Below, in pieces: positions 1-12,400 of a stretch of 64,000 bases of DNA. The notes under the pieces were generated by a model. The model worked only from the letters and a program-made list of their open reading frames with translations, was not told where the DNA came from and made no database searches. Numbering within the stretch: position 1 is the stretch's first letter; the number at the start of each line of letters is the position of its first letter. The stretch covers positions 41,540,001-41,604,000 of the forward strand of contig NC_047023.1 in assembly GCF_902652985.1 (NCBI RefSeq), in the 5' to 3' direction. Origin of the DNA: Pecten maximus. Its lineage: Eukaryota. The translations under genes were made by a program, and so were the position numbers.

Positions 1-323
1 GACAACTAGCAAAAATAATATGACAACTAGCCGGCAATGAGGGACTATTGAAGCTCTGGATCAGCATTTGAAGGAGATTATGAATGTTATCAGTGAAATG
101 TGCTGTACCAGTACTAACTTTGAGTTACCAGATGATTACTGAATACTTATATTCAACCTGTGCAAAATTGTACCTCATATCAGCTGTACATGTACATTTA
201 TTTGATTAAAAAAATGTTTTATGCACCTAAACACTCTTTCACTTTTTTATCTTTAAGTTAATGTATTTTTTTCACATTATTGAATTAATCATACAACATA
301 AATACATTCATTTATTTTTGCAG

Positions 324-495
324 TCTAGACTTTTGTGTACAAGATATTCTCAATACTGTGAACAAGTTACCTGGCAACCGAGAATGGGACGATCCAAGAG
401 ATGCCATTGCAAATATGCTGTCAGCCAACATGCTGGAGAAGGACTCGTGCTACGACCCAGAACCAGAAGATGTTCATACAATCCTAAGTCACATT
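324..495 (+). CDS. KIAA0825: KIAA0825-like exon a (LDFCVQDILNTVNK...TILSHI)
   Basis: tttttgcag acceptor, open frame, ATT|gtaag donor (phase 0). Confidence 0.75.
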
Positions 496-3400
496 GTAAG
501 GCCATAAGCTATCATTATAATTAAAACAATGTTCATGCAATACTTGTTGGGTTGAAAGATTGGATAGTTTGGTGCCACAGTGGTAATGTACAATGCATTC
601 ACGGTTTGAGTCCCCGATTAAATTAATAAAGTTATTTTGGATAAACTTTCTGATCTCATGTCATTTTTCCATTCTTTTTCTCCGAGTACTCTGGTGTTCT
701 CCCACAGAAAGATATCTTATCTTCCAACCAAGCCAACAACAGCTTTGCTTGTTTTGCATTTTAACTGTTGTAAGATAAATAACATTTTTTTTGGATTGTT
801 TTGTTACTATATCACAATTTTATTGCTACATGGCCAGTCATGAACACTAGAGGATAATTATAGGAATTTGTCTTTATATTTGTATGTACATAACTCCAAT
901 GATGTCCTCACTGTACTGGCTTCATATCAATCTGATTATCCTGAAGTTTCATACACATGTTCACAACCATCACCTCATCTATATATCAACCATCTGGGGT
1001 CACTACTTTGATATTGATTAATTTGTAAATGATGTAAAGTTACTAAATTGGAAACTAATTTTTGTAACAGAGTGGGAGTCTGGAGCAGCACCCTGGATGT
1101 GAGGAGGCTATATTACAAGAGTTATTGTCCCTGTCTTCCTCGGAGGGACTGTCTCTCCCTCACACCAGTAGACCTCGTGGGACAGATCCAATGGCATCTA
1201 TGGCTTCTCTCAACATTGCCACTGACAACTGTGAAGAAAACATTAGTCAGCAATGGGACCGAATAGCTTTGCACTTACGGAGATATTTCACAGATCGTCT
1301 GACAAAATTGCCAATTGACAGTCAAAAACAGGTGATGGATTTGTATGAAAACAAGCGTATGGAATACATACAGAGTTTGTCCACTCTGTACCCCTCGGAG
1401 GATGTGCTCATCAAGTATCAGACTTTACGGTCCCAGCAGCTGGACCATTGCTTCCATACTCTGCTGCCTGATGCAGACTCTGAAGCATATAATTCTGTAG
1501 CCGTCACGAAAAATTGTCGAGAACTAGCTGATATTATTTTGAAAATGATTGATGAAGATTTTGTTATTTTCAATTCTGGTGTGTTCAAAAAGTCATTTAA
1601 TATCGCGCGAGCAATGCATGACATGTACCTGGAAAAATTTTCAGATGAAATGTCAGCACTTGTTGAAGATATTTGGGAAGAAATTGAAGAAATCATTCGC
1701 AAACAGCCCCCTCAGTCTTCCAGTGAGCATAGTCATTTAGGAAAAGGCAACTCTAAACTTGGGAAGAAAGAAAAGGCTCAAAGTCTCGAGTCTGTATTAT
1801 CAACAAATGTAGCTGATGAGGAAGTGTCAACATTCAGTTTGCCTCGAGATTACATGGAGTCCATCCTCAACGTGGTCACCGCTGTCCTTCACATTGAGGA
1901 ACATGTAGAAAGCTTGCTGAAGTGTGCGGCATGGGACAATGCTGGGATCTCCAGTAAAAAAGTAAAGAGGAAGGGTAGTCTCCGTGGTAAGTCATAACAC
2001 TGATGTCAACTGCTGTAGGCCATTTTTTAAAGCTCTTTCAAGATATTTGTTTTTTTTTCTTAATTATTCTCTACAAGCGTTATAGATGGTCTGTGCTGTT
2101 GTGGTTGTGTCCTTTGGTAAGACACTTTACCTTAATTGCTCTTGATAGCATGCATTAAGCATACTTTATATTGTTCATGGCTCTTGATTTAGAGGTAAAT
2201 CCAGAAAACTTACAAACAACAACAATGCAAGAACTGTTCTTCTTATTGAAATAAGAATATCTTTGACAATATAGAAAGAGTTCCAATGAAAAAAAAAGTT
2301 GGAATATTTGAAAAGGTATCGGATTACAATCACCGAGATAAACATGGTATTTTGATTTTACCTGTTTAGGTGTACTGAAGACGAGCTCCAGTCCTGAGCC
2401 AGTCCGCCGACCTGTCAGCTTTAGCGGCCATGATGATGTCTCCTTCTCCGACAGCTTCTCCTCCTTTGGCTCTTCATTGTCCGCTCTCACAGACAACATG
2501 CCCGCTCCTAAGGGTACGTACATATTACAATCACAGACAACATGTCCGCTCCAAAGGGTACGTACATATTACAGTCACAGACAACATGTCCCCTCCCAAG
2601 GGTAGATACATATTACAGTCACAGACAGCATGTCCACTCCCAAGGGTACGTACATATTACAGTCACAGACAACATGTCCGCTCCCAAGGGTACGTACATA
2701 TTACAGTCACAGACAACATGTCCCTCCCAAGGGTACGTACATATTACAGTCACAGACAACATGTCCCCTCCCAAGGGTACGTACATATTACAGTCACAGA
2801 CAACATGTCCGCTCCCAAGGGTGTACATATTACAGTCACAGACAACATGTCCTCTCCCAAGGGTACGTACATATTACAGTCACAGACAACATGTCCCTCC
2901 CAAGGGTACATACATATTACAGTCACAGACAGCATGTCCCCTCCCAAGGGTAGATACATATTACAGTCACAGACAGCATGTCCACTCCCAAGGGTACGTA
3001 CATATTACAGTCACAGACAACATGTCCACTCCCAAGGGTACATACATATTACAGTCACAGACAACATGTCCCCTCCCAAGGGTATACATAATACAGTCAC
3101 AGACAACATGTCCACTCCCAAGGGTACGTACATATTACAGTCACAGACAGCATGTCCACTCCCAAGGGTACGTACATATTACAGTCACAGACAACATGTC
3201 CGCTCCCAAGGGTACGTACATATTACAGTCACAGACAACATGTCCCCTCCCAAGGGTAGATACATATTACAGTCACAGACAACATGTCCACTCCCAAGGG
3301 TACGTACATATTACAGTCACAGACAGCATGTCCACTCCCAAGGGTACGTACATATTACAGTCACAGACAACATGTCCGCTCCCAAGGGTACGTACATATT

Positions 3401-6400
3401 ACAGTCACAGACAACATGTCCCTCCCAAGGGTACGTACATATTACAGTCACAGACAACATGTCCCCTCCCAAGGGTACGTACATATTACAGTCACAGACA
3501 ACATGTCCCCTCCCAAGGGTACGTACATATTACAGTCACAGACAACATGTCCCCTCCCAAGGGTACGTACATATTACAGTCACAGACAACATGTCCCCTC
3601 CCAAGGGTACGTACATATTACAGTCACAGACAACATGTCCCCTCCCAAGGGTGTACATATTACAGTCACAGACAACATGTCCTCTCCCAAGGGTACGTAC
3701 ATATTACAGTCACAGACAACATGTCCACTCCCAAGGGTGTACATATTACAGTCACAGACAACATGTCCACTCCCAAGGGTAAGGACATATTACAATCACA
3801 GACAACATGTCCGCTCCCAAGGGTACGTACATATTACAGTCACAGACAACATGTCCGCTCCCAAGGGTATACATATTACAGTCACAGACAACATGTCCCC
3901 TCCCAAGGGTACATACATATTACAGTCACAGACAACATGTCCCTCCCAAGGGTACGTACATATTACAGTCACAGACAACATGTCCGCTCCCAAGGGTACG
4001 TACATATTACAGTCACAGACAACATGTCCCCTCCCAAGGGTACGTACATATTACAATCACAGACAACATGTCCACTCCCAAGGGTACGTACATATTACAG
4101 TCACAGACAACACGTCCCCTCCCAAGGGTACATACATATAACAGTCACAGACAACATGTCCCCTCCCAAGGGTACGTTCATATTACAGTCACAGACAACA
4201 TGTCCGCTCCCAAGGGTACGTACATATTACAGTCACAGACAACATGTCCCCTCCCAAGGGTACGTACATATTACAGTCACAGACAACATGTCCCCTCCCA
4301 AGGGTACGTACATATAACAGTCACAGACAACATGTCCCCTCCCAAGGGTACGTACATATTACAGTCACAGACAACATGTCCCCTCCCAAGGGTACGTACA
4401 TATTACAGTTACAGACAACATGTCCACTCCCAAGGGTACGTACATATTACAGTCACAGACAACATGTCCCCTCCCAAGGGTACGTACATATTACAGTCAC
4501 AGACAACATGTCCCTCCCAAGGGTATACATATTACAGTCACAGACAACATGTCCACTCCCAAGGGTGCGTACATATTACAGTCACAGACAACATGTCCCC
4601 TCCCAAGGGTACGTACATATTACAGTCACAGACAACATGTCCCCTCCCAAGGGTACGTACATATTACAGTCACAGACAACATGTCTGCTCCCAAGGGTAT
4701 ACATATTACAGTCACAGACAACATGTCCTCTCCCAAGGGTATACATATTACAGTCACAGACAACATGTCCCCTCCCAAGGGTATACATATTACAGTCACA
4801 GACAACATGTCCCCTCCCAAGGGTACGTACATATTACAGTCACAGACAACATGTCCCCTCCCAAGGGTACGTACATATTACAGTCACAGACAACATGTCC
4901 CCTCCCAAGGGTACATACATATTACAGTCACAGACAACATGTCCCCTCCCAAGGGTACGTACATATTACAGTCACAGACAACATGTCCCCTCCCAAGGGT
5001 ACGTACATATTACAATCACAGACAACATGTCCACTCCCAAGGGTACGTACATATTACAGTCACAGACAACATGTCCACTCCCAAGGGTACATATATATTA
5101 GTCACAGACAACATGTCCCCTCCCAAGGGTACGTACATATTACAGTCACAAACATGTCCACTCCCAAGGGTACGTACATATTACAGTCACAGACAACATG
5201 TCCCCTCCCAAGGGTATACATATTACAGTCACAGACAACATGTCCCCTCCCAAGGGTATACATATTACAGTCACAGACAACATGTCCCCTCCCAAGGGTA
5301 CATATATATTAGTCACAGACAACATGTCCCTCCCAAGGGTACATACATATTACAGTCACAGACAACATGTCCCCTCCCAAGGGTACGTACATATTACAGT
5401 CACAGACAACATGTCCTCTCCCAAGGGTACGTACATATTACAGTCACAGACAACATGTCCCTCCCAAGGGTACGTACATATTACAGTCACAGACAACATG
5501 TCCCCTCCCAAGGGTACGTACATATTACAGTCACAGACAACATGTCCTCTCCCAAGGGTACGTACATATTACAGTCACAGACAACATGTCCCCTCCCAAG
5601 GGTACATACATATTACAATCACAGACAACATGTCCCCTCCCAAGGGTACATACATATTACAGTCACAGACAACATGTCCCCTCCCAAGGGTATACATATT
5701 ACAGTCACAGACAACATGTCCCTCCCAAGGGAACGTACATATTACAGTCACAGACAACATGTCCCTCCCAAGGGTACGTACATATTACAGTCACAGACAA
5801 CATGTCCTCTCCCAAGGGTACGTACATATTACAGTCACAGACAACATGTCCGCTCCCAAGGGTTCGTACATATTACAGTCACAGACAACATGTCCCTCCC
5901 AAGGGTACGTACATATTACAGTCACAGACAACATGTCCCTCCCAAGGGTACGTACATATTACAGTCACAGACAACATGTCCCCTCCCAAGGGTACGTACA
6001 TATAACAGTCACAGACAACATGTCCCCTCCCAAGGGTACGTACATATTACAGTCACAGACAACATGTCCCCTCCCAAGGGTACGTACATATTACAGTTAC
6101 AGACAACATGTCCCCTCCCAAGGGTACGTACATATTACAGTCACAGACAACATGTCCACTCCCAAGGGTATACATATTACAGTCACAGACAACATGTCCC
6201 TCCCAAGGGTACGTACATATTACAGTCACAGACAACATGTCCCTCCCAAGGGTACATACATATTACAGTCACAGACAACATGTCCCTCCCAAGGGTATAC
6301 ATATTACAGTCACAGACAACATGTATATGTCCCCTCCCAAGGGTATACATATTACAGTCACAGACAACATGTCCCCTCCCAAGGGTACGTACATATTACA

Positions 6401-9400
6401 GTCACAGACAACATGTCCGCTCCCAAGGGTGTACATATTACAGTCACAGACAACATGTCCCCTCCCAAGGGTACGTACATATTACAGTCACAGACAACAT
6501 GTCCACTCCCAAGGGTACGTACATATTACAGTCACAGACAACATGTCCCTCCCAAGGGTACATACATATTACAGTCACAGACAACATGTCCCTCCCAAGG
6601 GTATACATATTACAGTCACAGACAACATGTCCCCTCCCAAGGGTATACATATTACAGTCACAGACAACATGTCCCCTCCCAAGGGTACGTACATATTACA
6701 GTCACAGACAACATGTCCGCTCCCAAGGGTGTACATATTACAGTCACAGACAACATGTCCCCTCCCAAGGGTACGTACATATTACAGTCACAGACAACAT
6801 GTCCACTCCCAAGGGTACGTACATATTACAGTCACAGACAACATGTCCCCTCCCAAGGGTACGTACATATTACAATCACAGACAACATGTCCACTCCCAA
6901 GGGTACGTACATATTACAATCACAGACAACATGTCCCCTCCCAAGGGTACGTACATATTACAGTCACAGACAACATGTCCCCTCCCAAGGGTATACATAT
7001 TACAGTCACAGACAACATGTCCACTCCCAAGGGTACGGACATATTACAGTCACAGACAACATGTCCCCTCCCAAGGGTATGTACATATTACAGTCACAGA
7101 CAACATGTCCCCTCCCAAGGGTACGTACATATTACAGTCACAGACAACATGTCCACTCCCAAGGGTACGTACATATTACAGTCACAGACAACATGTCCCC
7201 TCCCAAGGGTACATACATATTACAGTCACAGACAACATGTCCCCTCCCAAGGGTATACATATTACAGTCACAGACAACATGTCCCCTCCCAAGGGTACAT
7301 ACATATTACAGTCACAGACAACATGTCCACTCCCAAGGGTACGTACATATTACAGTCACAGACATGTCCACTCCCAAGGGTACGTACATATTACAGTCAC
7401 AGACAACATGTCCCCTCCCAAGGGTACGTACATATTACAGTCACAGACAACATGTCCCCTCCCAAGGGTACGTACATATTACAGTCACAGACAACATGTC
7501 CCTCCCAAGGGTACGTACATATTACAGTCACAGACAACATGTCCGCTCCCAAGGGTACGCACATATTACAGTCACAGACAACATGTCCACTCCCAAGGGT
7601 ACATACATATTACAGTCACAGACAACATGTCCACTCCCAAGGGTACGGACATATTACAGTCACAGACAACATGTCCCCTCCCAAGGGTATACATATTACA
7701 GTCACAGACAACATGTCCCCTCCCAAGGGTACGTACATATTACAGTCACAGACAACATGTCCCCTCCCAAGGGTACGTACATATTTCAGTCACAGACAAC
7801 ATGTCCCCTCCCAAGGGTACGTACATATTACAGTCACAGACAACATGTCCCCTCCCAAGGGTACGTACATATTACAGTTACAGACAACATGTCCCTCCCA
7901 AGGGTACGTACATATTACAGTCACAGACAACATGTCCTCTCCCAAGGGTACGTACATATAACAGTCACAGACAGCATGTCCCCTCCCAAGGGTACGTACA
8001 TATTACAGACACAGACAACATGTCCCCTCCCAAGGGTACGTACATATTACAGTTACAGACAACATGTCCCCTCCCAAGGGTCTGTACATATTACAGTCAC
8101 AGACAACATGTCCTCTCCCAAGGGTACGTACATATAACAGTCACAGACAGCATGTCTAACTACATGTACATCATGTAAGTGTGCCCTGATGATGACCCGC
8201 CTAAGGCTAACACATGTCAGAAACAAGCTGTACAAGAAGTTATAATTGACTGTTTAGAAATCTGGATTTAGGAGGTGCTTCTCTTCTATTTGTGAAGATC
8301 TCTCTAGCCGAGCGATATATTGCGGCTAGTATTTACCAGGGTTACATGTAATTATATACACATATCACATATTATGTTGCTTTTGGATGAGCCATGACAA
8401 AGGATTTGAAGGCCTTTATTAATATGTTTGGGTCTGTCAAGATTTAAGTCTGAAATGTTACAATTCAAAATTGATTGAACAGCCCCCCCTAGACCTAACA
8501 CCTTTTAACATAAATACATGTACACACACATGTACATCAATTATGTGCTTTATTTCCGACAGTTGTGGAAAAGGCTCGAGCGGAAGAGAGATTGAGATGG
8601 GAATGGAAACTCATGTTTAAAAAGATTTCCAAGGATTTGTCACAGTGTGTTGACAAGCAGATACGTAACCTCCTAAAGACTACATTAGACAAGGAGTTGA
8701 AAGACTGGATAGAACTTCATGTCCTTCAGACAGAGATGGTCAGAGAGGACATCTGGGGAGGAAAACTGGACTATCCCAAGTCTATCACCAAGGTAGGAAG
8801 GAAAACTGGACTAACCCAAATCTGTCACTAAGGTACGGATGGAAAGTGGACAATTCCATATATCTATCACTAAATTAGGTAGGGAAGGTGGACTATCCCA
8901 AATCTATCACTAAGGTAGGTAGGGAAGGTGGACTATCCAAAATATATCACTAAAGTAGGTAGGGAAGGTGGACTATCCCAAATCTATCACTAAGGTAGGT
9001 AGGGAAACTGGACTAACCCAAATCTGTCACTAAGGTACAGATTGAAAGTGGACAATTCCATATCTATCACTAAATTAGGTAGGGAAGATAGACTATCCCA
9101 AATCTATCACTAAGGTAGGTAGGGAAGGTGGACTATCCCAAATCTATCACTAAGGTAGGTAGGGAAGGTGGACTATCCCAAATCTATCACTAAGGTAGGG
9201 AGGGATAATGGACTATCCCAAGTCTATCATTATGGTGGGGAGGGAAGGTTGACTCAAATCTATCACTAAGTTTCTACTGCTCCATACTGACTGATGAAGA
9301 TACCACTTTAGATCAAACCTAACTTTAAGTAATTAATTGTTACTGTATTAGTTCACTCTTATATTGTATAATTTTCTGTTTACTGCTCTGTAGTCGGTGC

Positions 9401-12400
9401 TGGACTTCATGAACGAACTGGATTTTCTGTTGCCCTTCGCCAAGGCCGGATCTGACAGTGTTCTTCACTGTGTGAGGACAGCCTTCGTGGACTCTGCCAA
9501 TCTGTGTTTACAGAACTTCCACGTCCACCTCACAAAGGTATGATCTTCCACTCTATCCACCATGGCCGTCATCTTAGAAATCGTATTACAGCTGCTTCTC
9601 CTTAATGGTTTATTGTATTGAGACAAGACTTACACAAATGAGAATTTTATGTGGTTCACAGATGGTCATATAACTGAAATTTGGACCTGTACCACTTTCA
9701 CGATAGTCACCATCTTGGAAATGTAAATACAATGTTGTATAAAGTTAGGATTTCCACTTCTATCCATAGAAGTTCTTATTAACAGGAATGTTCTCCATAC
9801 AAGATGTCTGGCATGGCAGCTTAAAACCTTATCACTGCTTCTGCTAATCAGAAAGTCGGAATGATTTATAATTCTGCTGATCAGATAGTCTGAATAATTT
9901 ATACTTCTGCTAATCAGATATTCTCAGTGATTTTCTCCTGCTAATTCTCAGTGATTTTCTCCTGCTAATTCTCAGTGATTTTCTACTGCTAATCAGATAT
10001 TCTCAGTGATTTTCTCCTGCTAATTCTCAGTGATTTTCTACTGCTAATCAGATATTCTCAGTGATTTTCTCCTGCTAATTCTCAGTGATTTTCTACTGCT
10101 AATCAGATATTCTCAGTGATTTTCTACTGCTAATCAGAAAGTCTTATGTCCTTTTAAAGAAAGATTTCATAATAACTCTTAACTCATGGTTTATTTTCCT
10201 AGAATAAGAAAAAAATCATCATTGATTAATCATATTGGTTCAGCAAAGTAACCTAGAATGCTGTTGTCTTGAGGATTTCCGACAAGACAAGAATGAAACA
10301 ACCATTAAAGTACAATACATTTATAATGGGTTATGGGTATCACAGAACCATACCGAACTGTTTACACGGACGTTGGATCTCCCACCTCCCGTATATTTAT
10401 AATGGGTTATGGGTATCACAGAACCATACCGAACTGTTTACACGGACCTTGGATCTCCCACCTCCCGTATATTTATAATGGGTTATGGGTAACACAGAAC
10501 CATACCGAACTGTTTACACGGACGTTGGATCTCCCACCTCCCGTATATTTATAATGGGTTATGGGTAACACAGAACCATACCGAACTGTTTACACGGACC
10601 TTGGATCTCCCACCTCCCGTATATTTATAATGGGTTATGGGTAACACAGAACCGTACCGAACTGTTTACACGGACGTTGGATCTCCCACCTCCCGTATAT
10701 TTATAATGGGTTATGGGTAACACAGAACCATACCGAACTGTTTACACGGACCTTGGATCTCCCACCTCCCGTATATTTATAATGGGTTATGGGTAACACA
10801 GAACCATACCGAACTGTTTACACGGACGTTGGATCTCCCACCTCCCGTATATTTATATACATTGATACTGACAGAGCCCAATGAGACAGATTTAAAAATT
10901 AATGTCAACAAAATCTACAGATATTAAAAAATATGATTGTTTGCAGCTAAGTGGTGACATCCCGCGGAATGCTCCCATGAAGAGTTTATATGCGATCCTG
11001 TCCAGTGCTGCCTATATCAGGAATCACTTGTATCACTATGAGTCAGTGCTAAGTCCAGAGGAAAGCAGGTATGTCTTCAGCTTAAACCCTGTCCCCTTAA
11101 TTACAGAGGAATTAATATTGTTGTTTTCTGGGCCAGGCTACACTCTGGCACATTAATCAGATAAATGGCCATTGAAGTGTAGGTACACTGAAGTGTTAAC
11201 TGTATGAGATGGTAGGGCTAGCCAATGTGGCTGCTCGGTGTAGATTGGAAAAAATGTGCTGTGTATTTATATAGAGATTAAGAATTTGTGTATGTTTACA
11301 GTAAAAAGGTGTTCACAGTGCTGTATTAATATAGAGATTAAGAATTTGTGTATGTTGATGTTTACAGTAAAAAGGTGTTCACAGTGCTGTATTAATATAG
11401 AGATTAAGAATTTGTGTATGTTGACAGTAAGAAGGTGTTCACCGTGCTGTACAAACAGTACGAGGAGCTAGTGGAGGCTCTGAGTAAACTCACCACCGAA
11501 ATCCACAATAACTTCATGGCTACTAGTATCCTACACGACACGGAGAGCAACAACTGGGCCGACACCAAAGAGTTCTTTGAGGTTAGAAACAGATTTAATC
11601 TTCGCCACAAAATATAACATGACATGGCATATTGTTGTGAAAATCCAACATAAAGTGCTAATTTCTTCATTACTTTAAATCATAAAATGTTTGTTGTTAT
11701 TGCATTTTTAGCTCACCTGGACCGAAGGTCCGGTGAGCTTATGCCATGGCGCAGCGTCCGTCGTCCGTCCGTCCGTCGTCCGTCGTCTGTCGTCCGTCCG
11801 TCCGTCCGTCCGTCCGTCAACATTTGCTTCAAATCGCTACTAGTCATAAAGTTCTTATTGGATTTTTACCAAATTTGGCCAGAAACATCCTTGGCAGAAT
11901 GGGAAAAGATTTTGCATAAATGGTGACTCTGACCCCTGAGGGGCCAAAGGGGCGGGGCCCAATAGGGGAAATAGAGGTAATTCCTTTAAATCGCTACTAG
12001 TCATAAAGTTATGAATGGATTTGAACCCAATTTGGTCAGAAACATCCTTGGGGGAAGGGGAACAGATTTTGCATAAATGGTGATTCTGACCCCCGAGGGG
12101 CCAAAGGGGCGGGGCCAAATATGGGAAATAGAGGTAATTCCTATAAATCTCTACTAGTTATAAAGTTATGAATGGATTTGAACCCAATTTATTCAGAAAC
12201 ATCCTTGGGGGAAGGGGAACAGATTTTGCATAAATGGTGATTCTGACCCCCGAGGGGCCAAAGGGGTGGGGCCAAATATGGGAAATAGAGGTAATTCCTC
12301 TAAATCTCTACTTGTCATAAAGTTATGAATGGATTTGAACCCAATTTGGTCAGAAACATCCTTGGGGGAAGGGGAAAAGATTTTGCATAAATGGTGGCTC

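Noticed and set aside
41-142. Short coding-looking stretch (GTIEALDQHLKEIMNVISEMCC...)
   Set aside because: Preceded by TGA, no clear acceptor and ends in a stop; cannot be placed in the gene model.
2430-8178. Very long ORFs (up to 1252 aa) in all three + frames
   Set aside because: They are translations of a stop-free 44-bp intronic repeat; the same peptides cycle through all frames.
9545-9725. Possible old transposon or satellite remnant (CCATGGCCGTCATCTT; similar text near 30730)
   Set aside because: Too degenerate to delimit or classify by eye.
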